Origin: a virus
Lineage: Duplodnaviria > Caudoviricetes
DNA length: 39,264 nucleotides
Strand: one strand, 5' to 3'
IMG/VR virus record: IMGVR_UViG_3300030376_000749
Coordinates: 1-39,264 of that record
Shown here piece by piece: positions 34,475 through 39,264 of this stretch (positions are counted from its first letter, which is position 1; each line of letters begins with the position of its first letter). Under the pieces are notes generated by a model, which made no database searches, was not told where the DNA came from, and saw only the letters and a list, made by a program, of their open reading frames with translations. The position numbers and the translations under genes are program-made.

Positions 34475-35571
34475 TGCATTCCAACCCCTCGCCATTGAGC
34501 TGCGTCTGGGTCACTTGCAGTAACAGGGCTTCCATCTGGTCTATACCCAATAATTTCTGGAGGCATTAAGTAATCTGGAACCATATAGCTGTAATTTGGG
34601 TTAGATAAAATCTGTTGGTCTGTCAAATTATCTTGTCCAAACACTAAATCTTTGTTGATTTGATTATTGTTACTAACCATTTTTGATTGAGTGTTTTCTT
34701 GAGTTGTGCCAGGGAAAAAATATTGACCTAACTTTGCGAGACCAGCTCCAGGCATAACGTAACTTCCAATTTGCTCAACAAGCGTTGGGTTGGGGTCAGT
34801 CTTTACCTTTTCACCAGTCTTAGCCGCGTAAACACTTGGGATGCCTCGATAGGCTTCAGGTAAACTTGGGTCGTAAATAGCCTCATTACTCATGCCATAT
34901 ACAGTTCCATAGGGATCTGTTGACGTAAATATACCGCCATCCTTGTCTAAATCAAGAAACCCAAACACGCCTTGGTTTCCAGTCCTTGGTACAACTCCAC
35001 TTCCTCTTAATTGACCTCTCATCTTTCTACTTCGGTCACCATATTTTGCTGTCCTGCTTCTGTTTTGCTCTGCACGTTGTGGTGTCATCATGGAGCTAGT
35101 TAACCTATCTAATGCTCCACCTTTAACGCCACCGCTAAACATCATGCCTGTCTCAGGATTAATACTGGCCGCTGTACTGCGAAATGCAACTTCAGGAGCA
35201 ATGCCTGTGAATTCGTTTTCAGCTTTTTCTCTAGCTGACACCAAGTTCGGGTTGTAAGGTGCGTAAAGGGCGTTTCCTGAATCGCTTATTGTGTAGCCTT
35301 TATCCAGCAGAGCTTGTATGTTTTTATTTTTTTGGAAAAAATTTTGGCTAGGTAGAACTGTCCTTTGAGTTTTTTGGGTATTCTGATTTGTTCCAGAAAA
35401 TACTTTATCAACAAAACTTTTTACTGTGCTGAAAAGATTACCGCCATCTCCTGGAGCTTCTCCTAAACTTTCTGCAAAGCCACCAGGGTCTCCTTTTGTG
35501 TCGCCACCTTGATAACCTCCACCCATTGCCTGGGCTTGTCCTGGACTCATACCTAAGTCACTATATGCCAT
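34471..35571 (-). CDS. Hypothetical low-complexity putative internal virion protein
   Basis: AAGGAG RBS; 366 aa, Gly/Gln/Pro-rich; GGALD. Confidence 0.7.
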   Translation of the reverse strand: MAYSDLGMSPGQAQAMGGGYQGGDTKGDPGGFAESLGEAPGDGGNLFSTVKSFVDKVFSGTNQNTQKTQRTVLPSQNFFQKNKNIQALLDKGYTISDSGNALYAPYNPNLVSAREKAENEFTGIAPEVAFRSTAASINPETGMMFSGGVKGGALDRLTSSMMTPQRAEQNRSRTAKYGDRSRKMRGQLRGSGVVPRTGNQGVFGFLDLDKDGGIFTSTDPYGTVYGMSNEAIYDPSLPEAYRGIPSVYAAKTGEKVKTDPNPTLVEQIGSYVMPGAGLAKLGQYFFPGTTQENTQSKMVSNNNQINKDLVFGQDNLTDQQILSNPNYSYMVPDYLMPPEIIGYRPDGSPVTASDPDAAQWRGVGMQ

Positions 35572-35572
35572 A

Positions 35573-35845
35573 TTACGCTCCTTGCATGTTTGGCTTAGGC
35601 ATCGCTGCGGCTACACTACTTAACGCACCCATGTCACCCTTACCCATTCTCTGTCTAATGTCTTGCACCTTCTGCATGAGGTACTGGTTCATATCCAATC
35701 CACCTTGCATAGGGGAGCTTGCTGGTGGTTGAGCTTGTTGAGGCATTGGCTGACCTTGTTGCATCATCATCGCTTGCTCTCTTGTCATACCAAATGCAGA
35801 AGGATTAATTGGCCTAATGGATTCTAAAATATCATTCGGTGACAT
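35573..35845 (-). CDS. Small Met/Gln/Pro-rich protein (start corrected to ATG 35845)
   Basis: GGAGG RBS inside the portal 3' end; MGALSS near the C-terminus. Confidence 0.7.
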   Translation of the reverse strand: MSPNDILESIRPINPSAFGMTREQAMMMQQGQPMPQQAQPPASSPMQGGLDMNQYLMQKVQDIRQRMGKGDMGALSSVAAAMPKPNMQGA

Positions 35846-38339
35846 TCTTAATAGCCTCCATTTGCATCTCCGCTTGGTTCTTCTCACGTTCTAATTGTAT
35901 CTTAGAGGCGTTCTTCTCACGTTCAAGCTGTAATTCAGCCTCCAGCTTCTGTATCTTAGCCTGTAAGTCTTGCTGTGCCTTCATCTGATCGATTTGCATA
36001 TCTTGCTGTGCCTCAGCTTGCTTGATTTGAATTGCTGACTGAGCCTTCGCCTGATCTGCCTCGATTTGTGACTGCGTCCTCGCCTTCAGTGCCTCAGCCT
36101 CAAGTTGTGCGAGTTGCTGTGCGTACTGTAGCGGATTGCCTTGCTGACCCTGTTGCTGTTGCATTGCCTGTTGCATTGCAGGGATTGGTTGCATTTGCGG
36201 AGCTTCCTGTACAACTTGAGCCGCTCTCTGGCTAATCAATCGATCCATCTCAGGATTAATATCCTCAAATTTAAACTCTGGATCTCTAAAGTCTGGTAAT
36301 ACTGGCAACTGAACGCCCACACTTTCCTCCATGCGGATTCTGTAAAGTAACGCAATATGCTCTGCAATATGTGCAAGTAGTATCGGCCCCATTGTCTGTT
36401 GAGCCGCTGGATTGCCAGCCAACGTCGGATCTTGCATGAATTGCATGTGAACTGCAATGTGCGAGTCGTGGTCTTGCTCGACAAAGGCTCGAATTGGCTT
36501 GCCGTACATGACGCTCATATTCTCGTCAATCGGGTCAAGCATGACAGCCTCTTCAGGTTTCTTTAAGACCTCGTCAATATTTGGTATCCGTATTGCCTCG
36601 TACATTCTCTTGAATGCGGAGTACATGTCGTGGAGCTGTGGAGCCGCCTTCGCCATTTCCAAAATAGCCTGAGCCTGTGCAATACGCTGTGCCGTGGAAA
36701 AGATGTTGGGGTCGCTTACAGGAATAACATCGATACGCTCGTTGAAGTCTGCTGCAAAAACTTCTTCGCTACTGCCCGATAACGCAAATGTAAACGACTC
36801 GGGCAGGTTCTCGGCATTGAGATCAGCGAGCAATTTGAACTCCTGCCCCTGCGCGTAATGCAGTCTCTTGTGGATTGCGGAGAAAGCCTTAGAGCCTTGC
36901 TCAATAAGTGCTACTGTCGAACCCACAGGTGCATTAGGGTTTACATCCCCAACATTTAAATCCGCTGTGCTGGCAAATCGCTGTCCAGCCTGAACTATAA
37001 ATCCAAGCAAGTTAAACAGTGACTGGCTTGGCTCCTTAAATGGCAGTGGCATAATCGCCTTGTTCACGTCGTCAACTGTCGAATCTAAATCAACAAACTC
37101 GCCTGGGTTAACCTCCAGCTCACCGCCATTCACACGGCCTCTTAACTTAAATCCACCCTGCATATTTGAGAACGCGGCTGAATCTAGCAATGCACGAAGT
37201 GATCCAGTGGCCGCCTTGCCAAGTCCACCGATTAAGTGGAATAAGCCAAATCCATAAAAGCCAAGGCCAGGTAGAAACTTGTAAGACACAAACCAGTCAC
37301 GTCGAAGTTTTCGCTCGTCCTCCTCACGCCAGTTACGTCTTATGCTGACAATGGTGTCGCTGTCGTAGTCAATCGTGACAACGTAGGGCAACCCGACGAC
37401 TGTATCCTCATCTTCATCCTCGTCAGTGTCATTGATCCCATTAAAAGTATCGTAGACGTGCATCTCAAGCAACGTCATCATTTTATCTTGTGCGTCATCG
37501 CCAAATTGATCTACACCCTCGATCTCACCAATTACATCACCTGACGGATCTGGATCGCCTCCCTGATACTCAGCAGGTAAGTAGTAGCCAGATTGAACGT
37601 ACCGATTGTAGTCGTTCTTTGGCATTCGGATAACTTGCGTGTATCGAGGTGAGGTATATAAATCCTTACTCTCTGGGGCGACAATAAAATCTTCTGCCTT
37701 GACAAACTGGGAACATTGCCTGTCCATATTTGCATCCCACCAAACTTTCTTGAAAGTCTGACCAACCAGGGGCAACTGGAATAGCATCTGATCTAAGTCA
37801 GGAAAGTATTCTGGCATTTCCTGCGTGATCTGGTAATTCATAAATTCCCGAACACGTCGAGCCTGTTCCTCAAGCTCCTCATTGGGATCACCCACAATGA
37901 CAGTCTTAACAGGACCGCCACTTGGGTATAGCTCTGCGATTGCCTTTGCGTTAAACTGAGTTGCAGCTTCAGATATCATTGGGTGGACAACTGTGGACAA
38001 ACCTCGTGTCGCACGCTCCTCTTCCGACTCATCCAGTCCACCGTCAGGATCTAGCGTCTGTAAGCCCTTCTTATATCGATCTTCCCACTCGGATCGAGCC
38101 TCTCGGTCATTCTCGTAATAGGAAATAAGTGTCTGGCCTTTTCGAGCCAGCTCATTGTCGTCAATAACTTCAGCGAGATTTGCGTCAAAATTACTTTCGT
38201 CTTCCGACACTTCGTCAAGCTCTGGATCTCCAATGAGAACTTCGTCGTTATCAATCTCTTCAACTTGTAAATCATCGAGGGGCGTACCCTCGGCAAACGG
38301 TGCTAATTCTGTTTCAATAGGAATTGGTGACCTAGCCAT
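35832..38339 (-). CDS. Portal protein
   Basis: 835 aa directly after the terminase; FDANLAE, V.HP...EA..QF, FLPGLGFYGFG, PLPFKEPS, D.IPVSDPN; Gln-rich coiled-coil C-terminal barrel. Confidence 0.9.
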   Translation of the reverse strand: MARSPIPIETELAPFAEGTPLDDLQVEEIDNDEVLIGDPELDEVSEDESNFDANLAEVIDDNELARKGQTLISYYENDREARSEWEDRYKKGLQTLDPDGGLDESEEERATRGLSTVVHPMISEAATQFNAKAIAELYPSGGPVKTVIVGDPNEELEEQARRVREFMNYQITQEMPEYFPDLDQMLFQLPLVGQTFKKVWWDANMDRQCSQFVKAEDFIVAPESKDLYTSPRYTQVIRMPKNDYNRYVQSGYYLPAEYQGGDPDPSGDVIGEIEGVDQFGDDAQDKMMTLLEMHVYDTFNGINDTDEDEDEDTVVGLPYVVTIDYDSDTIVSIRRNWREEDERKLRRDWFVSYKFLPGLGFYGFGLFHLIGGLGKAATGSLRALLDSAAFSNMQGGFKLRGRVNGGELEVNPGEFVDLDSTVDDVNKAIMPLPFKEPSQSLFNLLGFIVQAGQRFASTADLNVGDVNPNAPVGSTVALIEQGSKAFSAIHKRLHYAQGQEFKLLADLNAENLPESFTFALSGSSEEVFAADFNERIDVIPVSDPNIFSTAQRIAQAQAILEMAKAAPQLHDMYSAFKRMYEAIRIPNIDEVLKKPEEAVMLDPIDENMSVMYGKPIRAFVEQDHDSHIAVHMQFMQDPTLAGNPAAQQTMGPILLAHIAEHIALLYRIRMEESVGVQLPVLPDFRDPEFKFEDINPEMDRLISQRAAQVVQEAPQMQPIPAMQQAMQQQQGQQGNPLQYAQQLAQLEAEALKARTQSQIEADQAKAQSAIQIKQAEAQQDMQIDQMKAQQDLQAKIQKLEAELQLEREKNASKIQLEREKNQAEMQMEAIKNVTE

Positions 38340-39264
38340 ACATTGTCATCCTTCTTTGCTCAGGGTACTCATCGTATTCTTCATCGTCAGAATGCGTCAC
38401 AAACCAACCTTTTCTCAACCTTAACCAAGCCTGAGTGCATGTGTCAACAATGTCGTCATTGCCACCTGCTGGGAAGGCCGAACATATATCTATTAAATCC
38501 TTAGCCCACTTTCTATCTGAAGGAAAGAAAATTCTTCCGTCTTCTAGCAGTGCGGAACTTGCGTGCGCCCTGGCTTGCTTGTCTCGATCTGGGGAATACT
38601 CAAGCACTGGAATGCCAGCCATGCGTAAATCTTGCAGTAGAGATTGACCTGATGCCTTCTTCTCGATCAGCACTGCGTCAGGCTCCCAATCTTCGTAAGC
38701 CTCCTGAGCAATTCGTCTTAGGTCAGGATAGCTGACCCTATCGTACCACATCTCCAAGACAATCACGCTCATCAATCCCTTGTGCTTAAATACACCCCAA
38801 GTTGTTCGAGCTGAGTAGTCAGCGGATTCTTTTGTGCTGAACGCTGTATCCCAAGACTGAATAACATACTCAATGTCTGGCAAGTCTTGTTTCTCCCAGG
38901 GAACCCACCACTCGGCCTTTAAAATACCGCCACCCTTGGGTGCAGGTCTCTGTTGGAGCTGACCAGCACTTGCGTAGCTTCCAAGTGACCTCTCCAAGTT
39001 ACCCAACGTCTTTTCATCAACACGCTGAGGCCAGAGCAACTCACCCTCGGAAGTTCTGGGATCTGTAAAGCCTAGAGATGATTTGCTTGGCGTTGGGTGA
39101 CCTATCTCGTATCGAGCTGGTAACATCAGGTGATCCCACTCATCTCCCATCTCGTTTGCCAAAATATGGCCTGTCAAGTCATTTTCATGTACACGCTGCA
39201 TAATTATAATAAATGCGCCAGTCTTGGGGTCGTTCAGTCTAGTTTGCATAGCCTGATCCCACCA
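38332..39264 (-). CDS. terL: Terminase large subunit (C-terminal part; 5' end outside the window)
   Basis: IIMQRVHENDL, QQRP, QSWDTA, DYSA, IEKKASG, FP...NDD.VD RNase H-like nuclease motifs. Confidence 0.95.
   Translation of the reverse strand, partial: WWDQAMQTRLNDPKTGAFIIIMQRVHENDLTGHILANEMGDEWDHLMLPARYEIGHPTPSKSSLGFTDPRTSEGELLWPQRVDEKTLGNLERSLGSYASAGQLQQRPAPKGGGILKAEWWVPWEKQDLPDIEYVIQSWDTAFSTKESADYSARTTWGVFKHKGLMSVIVLEMWYDRVSYPDLRRIAQEAYEDWEPDAVLIEKKASGQSLLQDLRMAGIPVLEYSPDRDKQARAHASSALLEDGRIFFPSDRKWAKDLIDICSAFPAGGNDDIVDTCTQAWLRLRKGWFVTHSDDEEYDEYPEQRRMTMYG

Noticed and set aside
72-38735. Numerous plus-strand and alternative-frame ORFs in the track (e.g. 1844..2275, 8791..9351, 16260..16982, 27947..28363)
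   Set aside because: They are shadows of well-supported minus-strand genes, with no RBS or family motifs
1-39264. tRNA/rRNA genes, integrase, transposase, intein or stop-codon recoding
   Set aside because: None recognised; genes tile densely under the standard code and all three stop codons terminate coupled genes

Overview
This is a 39-kb stretch of a tailed dsDNA bacteriophage genome (Caudoviricetes). It is podovirus-like: no major tail or tape-measure gene is visible, and ejection-type genes are present. Gene families and promoter form suggest an uncultured marine phage, possibly of an alphaproteobacterial host (inference). Nearly all genes lie on the minus strand in one late arm. Reading from the right end: terminase large subunit (truncated), portal, a ~11-kb accessory block, GroES, scaffold, major capsid, head/neck proteins, tail fibre with S74 chaperone, holin/GH108 endolysin, tail nozzle, GNAT, ejection proteins, and a module of exported proteins (pilin-like and chaperone-like). 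A small plus-strand island (sigma70-type promoter, ArdC-like protein) splits the arm. The most interesting signal is a candidate cargo-tagging/effector-cassette system. Twelve non-core proteins (ejection proteins, two ART-PolyVal-like ADP-ribosyltransferases, a ParB-like protein and others) carry a GAL motif at termini or domain boundaries. The two ART genes end in a 75-bp repeat encoding an identical tag, with only synonymous differences, plus the next gene's RBS and TAATG junction. A tiny basic protein copies the capsid N-terminal peptide MNRASF. All family assignments come from motif recognition by eye; no database searches were run.
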